Assembly (NCBI GenBank): GCA_051942205.1
Contig: JAVECO010000146.1
Coordinates: 1 to 60,921, forward strand
Source: Coniocarpon cinnabarinum
Lineage: Eukaryota
DNA length: 60,921 nucleotides
Reading direction: 5' to 3'
Below the pieces are notes generated by a model. The model made no database searches, was not told the origin of the DNA, and saw nothing but the letters and a program-made list of their open reading frames with translations. Of the stretch, positions 12,636-23,556 are shown piece after piece. Each line of letters begins with the position of its first letter. Position 1 is the stretch's first letter. The translations under genes and the position numbers were made by a program.

Positions 12636-13742
12636 ATGGCATCCGCTCCCCGGCTTCGAGTTCCGCCCCCACGGCCGCCAAATGCGCACAAAGAGCGGGA
12701 AGTGGAATCCGCCGGCGACACCCCATCCAGGACTGGCGAGGCAGGACGCCCAGGTCTTCTCTCGTTCGATGAGATGCCGCAATGGTTTCGCCGTGAATCC
12801 AATCAATGGATTCTCCATGGCTATCGGCCCATATCAGGCTCGGCGAGCGCTTCGTTGCGCAGTTGGTCGTATATCCACAACGAGTCGGTCAACATCTATT
12901 CCTACCTCATCCCGGCCGTTCTTTTCCTGCTCGGCGCGTGGTTTATCCAGGACTACCTTACCAGCAGATATTCCGGGGTCACTGGCGCTGATTTCATTGC
13001 TTTCTCCATTTTCATGTTGGCGGCCGTTACGTGTCTGTCATTGTCGGCGACGTACCACACCTTGATGAACCACTCACAACACATGGAACGTTTCTGCCTG
13101 CGACTGGACATGCTGGGTGTAGTGATCTTCATACTGGGTGACCTCATCTTGGGAATATACATGGTCTTCTGGTGTGAGCCTCTCCCGCGCAATATTTACT
13201 GGTGTTTGGTTAGTTTATCTCCATGTGTACAGTTCGGTCTTTCCTAATCATAGACGTGGTATTCAACACTAATACTCTTCTTTCCTTGGTCAATAGATTG
13301 GAGTCTTTGGAACATTGACCACTTTTATGACAATGCATCCCAAGTTCCAGGGCCCAAAGTATCGCCTGTTCCGAGCATTGATGTTCGTGGCGACTGGCTT
13401 GTGCGGTGTTGCGCCCTTGATCCATGGACTCAGTGTGTTCGGCAAGTCGCAGATGATGAGAAAAGCCCTTCCCTATACTCTGGCAAAAGCAGGCTGCCTT
13501 CTATCTGGGACTGCGTTTTATGCAGTAAGTCTCCAAATTTGACACGCAATAGAGAAATCGACCCTAACATATGTGGTCCTAAGACCAGGTTTCCCGAAAG
13601 TCGACATCCTGGCAAATTCGACCTATGGGGCTCCCATTCGATCTTTCACGTCCTGGTGGTATGCGCCGCTGTGGTCCAGTTGATGGGATATCTGGATGCC
13701 TTCGACTATGCTCACGCAAATATTACTTGCTCGTCGCTTTGA
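12636..13742 (+). CDS. PAQR/haemolysin-III family (Izh/mPR-like) 7TM protein
   Basis: Exons are 12636-13208, 13297-13524 and 13584-13742. Motifs are ILHGYRP, HNESVNIYS, SATYH, RLDMLG and RFPE...PGKFDLWGSHSIFH. Confidence 0.9.
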
Positions 13743-14737
13743 CCTTTGTATACATGCCGAGCATGGAGCTTCTGGGCAATACAAGTTGTAACAGTCTTTA
13801 ATTCGGCATCGATTACAGCTATCCGACCTTCGAGATTGACATCTTGGTCGATGCGTTGTCAACGTCCCTGGCTTGTTCTCACACCCTGTGAATCGGTTTC
13901 TTCTGGATAGACGAAGAAAAGCTATGAGGACTTGGGATATCAAATTTACCCAATCCAGGCCGTCAGGCGCATTAAGAACTCGCTTTCGGCCGACAATGCT
14001 ATGGGGGTGACGTTATTGGCAAATCGGCGATAAGGAGAAAGGCACGGATTTTGCAGTAACCATCGGACATAGGATCAGGATCATTGCCAATTCGTGACAA
14101 GCGTATCTATCTCCAAACTTCTCAGATCACAGACACCCGGCAGCGAAACAATTTGCCAGCAACGCGGTTCGATCCAGATCAATATCGTAGTGTTCGTCCG
14201 ACCGTCGTAATGATGGCTCACTACCTGGACTATCACGTTGTAAGCCACGTTAATAGTAGCCGATTGATGCAAGACACCTTCGGAAATGGACCAATGAGGG
14301 AGCTTGGTGTGTGGAGCCTGAGGGACCTCTTGCATGCAATTTGTGAAATAAGTATAGGCACAGCGCAGCGTATGGACAGACAGAACCAGGCATAATTACT
14401 ATGTAGGAGCGCGTTCCGCCGAGGAATGGATTATCCCGTCGTATAGTAAATGCTCAAACGCTGCGTTCCGTTGCAATCCCGCGGTGTCAACCTTGACGCG
14501 GGTGATTCCGTCAAGTAGTGTATACATTGACGTCGTAGAGGAAGGAGTTCGGATAGGCAGCATTATTTATCTCCAGTGCTTCACGAATATATATAGTAGT
14601 CACCTCTGTTGACAAGATCCCGCCGTAGCATCGACACACAATCTGCTTTGTAGGAAAAATTACGGCACTTCGCTCAGCAAGGCACACCTCTTCAGTAGGA
14701 TACTAGGCTGTCAAATATCGCAAGCACATTCATCGCC

Positions 14738-15818
14738 ATGGCACTCGAATATGCAAAGAATCAGCGCTCCGGCTTCACCAACCGCATCGAGCGTGTCGCC
14801 ATCATCGGAGTATGTTCCCCATTCCCGTTCTCGTCATGAAGATCCAAAGCAGCACTAGGACTCATATATCATGTAGGCTGGTGGCCAAGTAGGCAAGCAC
14901 ATCGCCGAAGCAATCATGAAAACAGGCAAACACACCGTCACCGCCATTACCCGCACCGGCAGCCAGAGCACCCTGCCTCCAGGCATCAAAGTCACGCACG
15001 TCGACTACGACAACGAGCAAAGCCTGGTCGACGGCCTCAAGGGGCAACAATTCCTCTTCATCTCCCTCGCCGTCACCGCTCCCCACGATACCCAGGACAA
15101 GCTCATCAAGGCCGCCGCCAAAGCCGGAGTCCCTTGGATCATGCCCAATGGCTACGGCAGCGACCCGCTCAACGAGAAATACATCAACGAGAACTTCACA
15201 GGCGGGGTTCTCCGTGCGGGCATCAAAGCCGTCGAAGACACGGGCACAGCCTCTTGGATCATCATGGCTTGTCAGCACTGGTATGAGTACTCCCTCACCG
15301 TCGGCGCGTGGGCGTATGGCTTCGACTTTGCAAACAAACAGGTGACGTTCTATGACGACGGCAAGACCCCAATTACAACGTCCACGTGGCTCCAATGCGG
15401 TCGCGCCGCGGCGTCGCTCGTCAGCCTCCCAATCTTGCCTGAGAACGAGACTGACAAATCACTCACGCTCTCGCGTTGGCGCAACAAACCTCTTTACATC
15501 GCGAGCTTCAAACTTACCCAGCGAGATATGCTCGACAGTGTCGAGCGTGTGACCGGAACGAAAGACGGCGAGTGGAAGATCGACCACGAGCCGGTCCATG
15601 ACCGTTTCGAGCGCGGGAAGAAGGCCTTGGCCGGGGGTGATCGGACAGGATTTGGGACTACGATGTATGCGCGGTGTTTCTTCCCACAGGGCGATACGAA
15701 CGTGCAGGATAAGCTGGATAATGAACGACTGGGACTGCCGAAGGAGGATTTGGACGAGGCTACTGAGAGGGCTGTAGAGCTGTGGAAGTCGGATCATCAT
15801 GCGACTCGCTGGGGTTGA
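14738..15818 (+). CDS. NmrA/isoflavone-reductase-like NAD(P)-binding oxidoreductase (CipA-like)
   Basis: Exons are 14738-14809 and 14877-15818, with a GTATGT...TAG intron. The Rossmann motif VAIIGAGGQVG spans the splice; LIKAAAKAGVPWIMPNGYG is also present. Confidence 0.88.
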
Positions 15819-16613
15819 TCGCGTATCGTAGAGATCGCTACCAGCGGAAAAGTTGTCTCTACTATGTTATCCCTAGGCTACAGACCGCACGTCGGAGGTG
15901 TGTCTGCGAGTGTTTCTAGGCCTTAAACTGCCTGTTGCTATGATGCGGCAACTGTTCCTTTCATCTAGCGGACCTACATACATCATTCTCACGCGTAATC
16001 GTGATCTCCTCTTTCGATACTTTTGGCGTCGAGACGTGCCGTCTGCGGCAAGAGCCAGAGCTTCGTAGAGAGCATGCTGAGGTCAAGCGTCTGTCAGACA
16101 TCGTCACTTCTGAGGTCGATACGCGGGCTGGAGCAAGCCACGTACACTGCCGATGAACATTGCTTGGTGACCAGCGTGCGTGAGAATGATTCAGCTGCGT
16201 GCAACTGTATGTTGACATAATGATATGTCCGCCTCCTAGAGCCTTGCAAAGAAAGGGAGGAGTCATCACCTTCAACGAGAGTTCTTGTATCAGGGTGCTG
16301 ATCTGTGCAATTTCGGAGCGCCTTGTCATTCAAAGATCTGTGAGAAACGGGACTCCCATCACGTGATCTTCTTGATCTGGCAACGATTTCAGATCACGTG
16401 AAACGCCTACAGAAGTTTCTAAACTTGAGAAAGACTCTCTGGTCGAGCTAAACTCTACTAATGATGTTGTAATTGCGACTGGAACAAGGGACTGTTTTTG
16501 ATCCTTGGTTGTCTTTCATTGATTTGCATGTACATATATACAGGTTAATAAATCTTGAAGGCACTCCTCCACCTGACAGGCATACAAGCTTCTTCCACCT
16601 CGCCCCGCTTGAC

Positions 16614-18213
16614 TTAACCGAACAGTGCACCACCCAGACGAATGTTGACAGTCTTCTGCTGTGTGTAATTTTCTGCTTCAAATTAGCAAAAGCATTATCA
16701 AATGGAGAAAAGTGTGTTGGCTTACCTAGGGCAGCCTCGCCCAGCTCACGGCCAATGCCCGACTCCTTAAAGCCACCGAATGGCAGCTGGTGGTGCAGCG
16801 TGTTGTAGCAGTTGACCCATACGGTACCAGCCTTGAGACCATTCGAGACCTCAATTGCGGTGTTGAGGTTGGACGTGTGGACGGCAGCAGCTAGACCGTA
16901 CGTGGTGGAGTTGCCAATTCGGATTGCCTCGTCCTTAGTAGAGAACTTGGAGATCGAGCAGACGGGGCCGAAAATTTCTTCCTGCATGATCTTCATGTCC
17001 TCTGTCACGTTGGAGAAGATGGTGGGCTCAATGAAGTAGCCGACGTCGCCCTTGCGCTCGCCGCCGGTCTCGACCTTGGCGCCGGCCTGCTTGCCCGCAT
17101 CGATGTAGTTCATGATGCGGTCGAACTGGACCTTGGACACCTGCGGGCCCTGGAACGTGTCCTGGGCGAACGGGTCGCCGACCTTGTTCTGCTGGGCACG
17201 AGCACGGAAGCGCTCGAGGAACTTGTCGTAGATGCCTTCTTGGACGTAGATGCGCGAGCCAGCGCAGCAGCACTGGCCGTGGTTGTAGTAGATGCCGAAG
17301 TTGACCCAGGAGATGGCGTTGTCAATGTCAGCATCGTTGAAGACGATGTTCGGGCTCTTGCCGCCGAGCTCCAGTGTGACCTTCTTGAGGTTGGAGCCCG
17401 CAGCGGCTTTCATGATGGTGCGGCCAACCACGGTCGAGCCAGTGAAGGCGACCTTGTCGACGTCCATGTGTGAGGAGATGGCGGCACCGGCAATCTTGCC
17501 AAAGCCGGAGATGACGTTGATGACACCAGGTGGGAAGCCAGCTTCCTTGATGCCTTGTGCGGCGACGAGAGCTGACAGAGGCGTCTGCTCAGCAGTCTTG
17601 ATGATAACTGTGTTACCACAGGCAATGGCGGGGCCGATTTTCCACGCCCACATGAGCAGTGGGAAGTTCCAGGGGATGATCTGACCACAGACACCAATGG
17701 GCTCCTTCTTGACGTAGTTGAAGGTCTCCGGGCCCGTGTCGACGACCTTGCCCTCGACCTTGTCGGCCCAGCCGCCGTAATATCTCAAGCAGCCAATCAC
17801 GTATGTGATGTCAGCGGTGGCCATGCTGATGGACTTGCCGTTATCTAATGCCTCGACGGCGGCAATGGTCTTGAGGTTCTTCTCAACGAAATCGGCAAGC
17901 TTGTGCAGCATGGCGCCACGGTCGCCGGGTGTGACCTTCTTCCAGGGCCCTTCAAAGGCTTTGCGTGCAGCGGCTACGGCAATGTCGACATCCTTCTCTG
18001 TGGCTTCCTGCACTGAGCAGATGGGCTTCTCTGTAGCGGTGTGAGCTTCTCATTCGCCGTGCAAAGACTGTTCCAGCGTAACTCACCTGTGGAAGGGTTG
18101 ATGGTCTCGAATGTGCGGCCATCGACAGCCTTGACGAACTCATTGTTGATGAAGAGGCCAGTGGGCTGACTGTACTTGCCCGAGGCAGGCGTCTCAAGCT
18201 CGACGGCGGACAT
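16614..18213 (-). CDS. aldA: NAD-dependent aldehyde dehydrogenase
   Basis: Exons are 18213-18087, 18030-16726 and 16672-16614. Motifs are PWNFP, FTGST, LELGGKSP, catalytic GQCCCAGSR and EEIFGP. The spliced C-terminus is ENYTQQKTVNIRLGGALFG*. Confidence 0.96.
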
Positions 18214-18387
18214 TGTGTGCTATGCGGTTACTGATATTCACTGGGATATTTTATATTCTTTTTCGTGCGAGGATAGCAGACGCTGAGGAGAAAGGGGTGG
18301 AGTACAGAGGAAGAAGCGTGTGCCTATATACGCGGACAGTATTCGGCTAAGAAATTGTCAGTGGTCTCATCATCACTGATGACATAT

Positions 18388-18420
18388 GCGGGGCAAGCAA
18401 ACTGAAGCTCCACTCCCCGC
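18388..18420. promoter_or_regulatory. Cluster of CreA/Cre1-type SYGGRG sites upstream of aldA
   Basis: GCGGGG at 18388-18393 (+), GTGGAG at 18413-18408 (-) and GCGGGG at 18420-18415 (-), just upstream of a TATATA at about 18325-18330. These are short motifs and function is inferred. Confidence 0.35.
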
Positions 18421-19173
18421 CTTTGGCCGCCTGAGCCTTCTCACACTGCCGCATCCTCATCGTCCATTGACACGATCGCCCTGCGCTCTAGAACCCAGAT
18501 GGCTGGACGCGCGCTGCCAGTGCCCGCGATCGCCGCTCGTGGTGGGTCATCGTGATTGGCGCCCCTACACCATCTCCAAGTCGGGGTTGCGGAACCCTGT
18601 TCTCTACAGCGTGGAAGGCGGAGCATTGCCTGAACAGGACGCGGCTCGAGGGGAGCTGCGCGTGGGGTTTTGTCATCTTTTGTCCATTCTTGTCATTGAA
18701 GCCACGTCGAACTGCAGAGGGTGTGAGGGACGCGCGAAAACCGATCGGACGAGGCGTGGAGGTTTCTCGGCTTGGCTTTTGTCCAGCCACGTCGAGACCC
18801 ACATACCATGAGGTGGGCTGGCTGATGGACACGTTTATGGTGGGCGATGAGCTGTCATGTCACGATGTCTCAAGGCATGCAAGTTGATGCATCAAAGAAG
18901 CTCTTGCTGCCAGGGAGGGTTCCAGTAGATGTAGTCGCCGCATTGTCGCACATCTGGCGCAACGTATCTTACTAAGGGATCGCGATACTATGGTGTCATC
19001 AGATAGGAACAAAGCATCAATAAGTTGATTAGTAGGAGATGGAGTATGCCATGTTGTGTAGCAAGCGTCAAACCATAGCCCAGCCGTTGTTGTCTCACCC
19101 GTAACGACGCCATTGCTTGCACGAGACAAGATCGGTATTTTGATGGGAGTCTATGATGAGATTGATGGTTTAG

Positions 19174-19181
19174 TATATATA
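19174..19181 (+). promoter_or_regulatory. TATA element of the SRP RNA gene
   Basis: TATATATA lies about 30 bp upstream of the inferred 5' end of the RNA. Confidence 0.6.
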
Positions 19182-19204
19182 TTATTCAGAAAAAATTGAC
19201 ATTT

Positions 19205-19453
19205 GACTGTACTGGTCATCCCTAGGAAGTTCCTGCAATCTCTTTCACAACTTTACACCCAACGCATCTACCCGGCCCAGACGAGCCGCATGGTGAGAGC
19301 CTGCTCACTTGGGTAACCAGTGACGACGGTGCACTCTTAAGCGTCTCGCTACCCTTCAGACGGGCAACCGTACAGAGAGGCGAGGCCCATGCGGCGGCGA
19401 CTCTGGACTACCGGGGTGCGGTGTTGTGAGTTGGGATACTCGCAGGGGCAACC
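19205..19453 (+). ncRNA. SCR1: Signal recognition particle RNA (fungal SRP/7SL RNA)
   Basis: The 5' end GACUGUACUGGUC resembles the fungal mini-Alu UGU motif. A long rod forms: CCUGC/GCAGG, UUCACAAC/GUUGUGAG, CCCGG/CCGGG, CCAGA/UCUGG, and GCCGCAUGG 19285-19293 with CCAUGCGGC 19387-19395. Helix 6 has a GUAA loop (19313-19316). Helix 8 reads UCAG-ACGG-GCAA-CCGU-ACAG. A T7 run follows. Confidence 0.88.
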
Positions 19454-19470
19454 TTTTTTTGTTTTTTCTT
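19454..19470 (+). terminator. RNA polymerase III oligo-T terminator
   Basis: TTTTTTTGTTTTTTCTT directly follows the closing stem of the SRP RNA. Confidence 0.8.
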
Positions 19471-19481
19471 CTGAACTCTCC

Positions 19482-19492
19482 GGTTCGAACCC
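19482..19492 (+). promoter_or_regulatory. Pol III B-box downstream of the SRP RNA terminator
   Basis: GGTTCGAACCC is a perfect GGTTCRANNCC match, with no tRNA cloverleaf around it. Confidence 0.65.
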
Positions 19493-19975
19493 CACTATTT
19501 TAGAGTCCACATTTTTGATTATCGGAGTTCGATTATCACATTTGCTCATTGTATCACATCTGTATTGGCTACGTGATTTGCTGATTTGTTGGTACATCCT
19601 CAACGTCCTGACAGCTGATAAGCTCTTGCATTGTGCCGCCGCATACCCGCTTAACTTGGACTTGCGTGAGCTCCGTTTTGGGTCCAAATGATTCATGTTT
19701 GCCAGGTGGCTTCACACTGCATTCGTCTAATACACAATCAATCCTCCCAAGCATCATCGTTATCTTGCTCATTTCACAGGACGTAGACGCGATCAAGAGA
19801 ATTTCGCAGGCAGACATTACAGATTGATCACGCTGTTTGGACAGCTTGCAAGGCTCGATCTACTAGCAAAAACTCCTACAAATATATTGCTCCACGTAAA
19901 GAAGTATTGTAGTTTGATTAACTTGTCGACTGATTTGGATACACAATAATCCGCGTGGCTATCAGCAATACCGTA

Positions 19976-20818
19976 ATGTCGTCTTCGCCCCCATCAATCC
20001 GCGCCTGTCTATTCGACATGGACGGTCTCCTAATCGACTCGGAAGACCTCTACACCATCTGCACCAACAAAGTCCTCGAGCGCTACAACAAACCCGATAT
20101 GCCCTGGTCAGTGAAGGCGCAACTCCAAGGCCGCCCAGGGCCCGAAGCCGGTCGCATCTTCCGCGAATGGGCCCAGCTACCATGCACAGAAGAGGAATAC
20201 ATGGCGCAGAACGCGGAATTCCAGCGCCAGTACTTCCCCACTGCGAAGCCATTGCCCGGCGTGCCAGAGCTATTGCAACGGCTCAAAGACGCAGGCGTCG
20301 GGATTGCGCTCGCGACAAGCAGTAATCGCACGAACTTTGCGCTCAAGACCGATCACTTGCAGGATCTCTTCAAGGTGTTTCCTAAGGAGAATCAGATTCT
20401 CGGTGACGACGAGCGCGTGCCCAAGGGTCGAGGCAAGCCGGCGCCGGACATTTACTTGTTGGCGCTGAAGACGTTGAATCAGAGTCGCGAGGACCGTGGC
20501 GAGAAGGGTGACATCAAGCCTAGTGAGTGTCTTGTATTTGAGGATTCAGTGCCTGGTGTTGAGTCAGGGAGGAGAGCCGGTGCGCAAGTCATTTGGTGTC
20601 CGCATCCAGGGCTGTTGAAGGAGTACCACGGGCGAGAGAAAGAAGTCCTAGCAGGGCAGACGGGTGAGTACAAGGGAGACATCCAGCCGGTTGAGGAGCT
20701 CAACAGTGCCCATGTTCCCGGAACGCCGGGTAAGATCGATGATGGATGGGCAGTATTCGTGCGGAGTCTTGAGGACTTTCCATACAAAAGGTATGGCTTG
20801 GAGGCACCCTCGAACTAA
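19976..20818 (+). CDS. HAD-superfamily hydrolase (pseudouridine-5'-phosphatase/GS1-like)
   Basis: Motif I LFDMDGLLIDSE, motif II ALATSS, GKPAPDIYL and motif IV CLVFEDSVPG. Intronless. Confidence 0.9.
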   Translation: MSSSPPSIRACLFDMDGLLIDSEDLYTICTNKVLERYNKPDMPWSVKAQLQGRPGPEAGRIFREWAQLPCTEEEYMAQNAEFQRQYFPTAKPLPGVPELLQRLKDAGVGIALATSSNRTNFALKTDHLQDLFKVFPKENQILGDDERVPKGRGKPAPDIYLLALKTLNQSREDRGEKGDIKPSECLVFEDSVPGVESGRRAGAQVIWCPHPGLLKEYHGREKEVLAGQTGEYKGDIQPVEELNSAHVPGTPGKIDDGWAVFVRSLEDFPYKRYGLEAPSN

Positions 20819-21049
20819 GAGTTGCCGATGAGCTAGCTAGTCGCAGACGAATCAGGAAGACATCATGCGCAATGTGTAGACATGACATCACAGACCTAGA
20901 AATGCACAGCATGTACAAATCATAATTGGAATCAGACAGATCTTTCCATTGCCAGCCGCATAGCGTTTCAACTTCAGTCAATCTCAGATTCGTCCGAAAG
21001 GGCTTGCGGTGTGAGAGTTTCAGTATCGGGAAGTCAAACTAATTAGCTC

Positions 21050-22021
21050 TCATGAAAAGAATGAGTTGCCATGTGCATCCCGACGAGCCGTACTTGCGTA
21101 CCCATAATCCTTATCAGGGTCGTGCGGATCGAACCATTCCCATCTATTGCAAGGATAAATATGCTTATGGCTCTGATACCACTTCACATCGACGACCTTG
21201 GTGAGGTTTGGGTCATGATCAGCACCCTCCAGCTCCGAGTGCGGGAGATCGTCCTCATGCGTCTTCGGCGGTTCCACGGAGAAATCGAACAGCAGGCCCT
21301 GCGAGCTTCTCGTCCCCCTGAGGATAAAATAATGAATATTCAGATAATGCGGTATCATCACGCCGTTTCTCACAAGCATCAAGTCGTCTAACTTGAGGTG
21401 CACCCATCTCTTGTAATCTTCTTTGACCAATATCTTCTGCACAGCAGAGAGAAGCGCGTCGATTGCATCACCCTTCTTGAGCCTGACGCGACTTGTAATG
21501 GTATTCGTGCCTTCGAAAAAGACGAAAGGAACGATAATGTTGGCCTCTTTGACGATCTCCTGTTGCTTCCTGAATTCTTCTCGCAGGGCGACTATTTGTT
21601 CAGCTTCCTGTTGCAGTGAATGTTTGGTGATAGCTTTAGGGGCTAAGCCTGTCATTTTATTCGCGCCGATTTTCGACGTCTGTCGATCAGATTGACTGGC
21701 ATCTGTCGACAATTCTTTGGGTGGAGCTGCAGGGCCTGGCTTCGACTTCTTGGCTATGGTAGACTGCGGAGCACCTTCGATCTCGTCATCATCTTCCTCG
21801 AAGGAGAGTTTCGCCCTTCTAGCATTGCTGTTCAACTTCCGCTTCTTCTGCAAAGGAGAGCTTGATGCCGTGGACCTGTCAAGCGAAGATGAGAATCTGA
21901 CTTCGGATGATTGGCCATTGCTTGAATTCTGCTCACGTGTCGACGGCGCTGAGTCAGGGCCCGTGGTCTGGCTTGCAGAGGCGCTCAAGGAGCTGGAAGC
22001 GCTCTTGCTGAACTGCTTCAT
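21050..22021 (-). CDS. XAP5: XAP5/FAM50-family nuclear protein (divergent)
   Basis: Motifs KLSFEEDDD, LREEF..QE.VK...IIVPFVFFEG, VRLKKGD, DDLMLVR..VMIPH and LEGADHDPNLTKVVD.KWY..HKHIYP..RW..FDP. The 5' exon structure is uncertain. Confidence 0.8.
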   Translation of the reverse strand: MKQFSKSASSSLSASASQTTGPDSAPSTREQNSSNGQSSEVRFSSSLDRSTASSSPLQKKRKLNSNARRAKLSFEEDDDEIEGAPQSTIAKKSKPGPAAPPKELSTDASQSDRQTSKIGANKMTGLAPKAITKHSLQQEAEQIVALREEFRKQQEIVKEANIIVPFVFFEGTNTITSRVRLKKGDAIDALLSAVQKILVKEDYKRWVHLKLDDLMLVRNGVMIPHYLNIHYFILRGTRSSQGLLFDFSVEPPKTHEDDLPHSELEGADHDPNLTKVVDVKWYQSHKHIYPCNRWEWFDPHDPDKDYGYASTARRDAHGNSFFS

Positions 22022-22417
22022 TCTATGTGAAGATGCGATCAGCTTTGAAGGCGCGCAAAATCGATGTTAGTAAGTCCTACGGAATTAGTGTATCCTAAGC
22101 TAGGACCAATCAAGCTAGTCTCGTCCAAATTAGGTCACACTTAGAATTCGTATGATAGAATGTACATTAAAGTAAGTGGCGACGATAGCCTGTCCAGCAT
22201 CATTGTATGCTTGCACGCTTGGGAAATCAAACTCGAGAGACTAGAGAGACACTTATTTTGTTCAATCGCAAACGGCTGAACAACTGTAACAAAACTGAAG
22301 TTTAGGATCAAGACCTATAAAAGAGCGACAAGTGACATGGGCATCCAACTTCACTTCTATTCATCTGCCATACTCAAATACAACGCTCCATGCGGTCGAC
22401 GAAAGCTAGAACGCTAC

Positions 22418-22987
22418 CTACGAGTGCCGAAAGAGTGTTGTACAGAACGCTATTGTCAGCCATACAATTATCCATGCGACCGACAGACTCACGATAATTT
22501 GCATAGTGGGCTTATGTCCAAAAAATGATTTCACATCATCTCGCCATGTTTCTTGGTGAGCCACCTCATGAGTATGACAGCCGAGCTCCAGATCTGGACC
22601 GACAGGCGAGGCGTCCTTGCGAAGCATTTTTCGCATTGTTGAACGAAGTGCTTGGCGTGTGGTGTTGATGAACCCACCTTGCGTGCACTGCGGTACCGTG
22701 TACGCAGGCGGTGGATCTTCAAGGCTCGTCGCAAACACTGTGGATCGTAATGGCCTGATGCGTGAGCTGGCTACCGCCTCTTTGAATGAAGGGGGCGGGT
22801 ATGATGGGACGGACTCGCCCGCCAGTGCAATCTCTTCCATTGCTAATTGGTGACTGGTAATCGAGGAGTAAATGGATCCCGTTGTTTGTTCTGAGGGTGT
22901 ATGATAGGAATCCACGCTGTCGGTCACGGGTACGGAAGTTTCGTTGTGGCCGCTGGCTGGTCTCGAAGAGGCTATGGGATCCATCAT
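22418..22987 (-). CDS. Small hypothetical protein with PY-type motifs and a C-terminal TM helix
   Basis: ATG at 22987. It is Ser/Thr-rich, contains PPPSF and PPPAY, and ends in a hydrophobic tail IIVSLSVAWIIVWLTIAFCTTLF. Confidence 0.5.
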   Translation of the reverse strand: MMDPIASSRPASGHNETSVPVTDSVDSYHTPSEQTTGSIYSSITSHQLAMEEIALAGESVPSYPPPSFKEAVASSRIRPLRSTVFATSLEDPPPAYTVPQCTQGGFINTTRQALRSTMRKMLRKDASPVGPDLELGCHTHEVAHQETWRDDVKSFFGHKPTMQIIVSLSVAWIIVWLTIAFCTTLFRHS

Positions 22988-23556
22988 GTTTGTTCCCAAG
23001 ACAGCCTTGTCCGTTGGCAGTTCGAAAGATAGGCAGGATGCTTGGTCCGGACTCAGTACTTGAGAGACCACTGGAAGTACTTTAAAGATGCACATGTATC
23101 GCTGGATTCTGAGTGGAAAACGGCTCACACAGTGTCAGCACACTGTAACACAGCTGATACCGACGACGATGGAATAGGTCGTCAACATTTGAAGCTACTC
23201 TAAGACGAGCCCTGTTCGGGCGGCCAGCCGAGTAGTTCCTCACCGCCCTTGTACACATTCTCAAGAGTCGTAGATGTAACAACTGAGACCTTGGATCTAT
23301 TGCCTTCTGCTGGAAGATGGCAGGACACTTAGTCATTCGCTCAGCGGACTGTACCAACACTGTTCCAGCAAAGCTGGAATGACTAGGGTATTGGCGTATG
23401 TGATCCGCATGATTGGTGTAACAGGCTGCAGAAGCCCAATGCATGACTTGGTAGTATTTATTGTTTCTTCAAATTGATCTATATTGTTGGACATCCAAGA
23501 CGACCGTATGCGAGTGCTTGCTTGGCTTTGACACAAGTGTCCGACCACGCTGAATT

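Noticed and set aside
14166..14175. GGTTCGATCC T-loop/B-box-like motif suggesting a tRNA
   Set aside because: No acceptor, D or anticodon stems can be formed around it.
16448..16725. aldA intron-retention isoform ending ...ISRV as a cryptic peroxisomal form
   Set aside because: Retention would replace the conserved C-terminal strand with about 90 unrelated residues, and SRV is a weak signal. A chance open frame is more likely.
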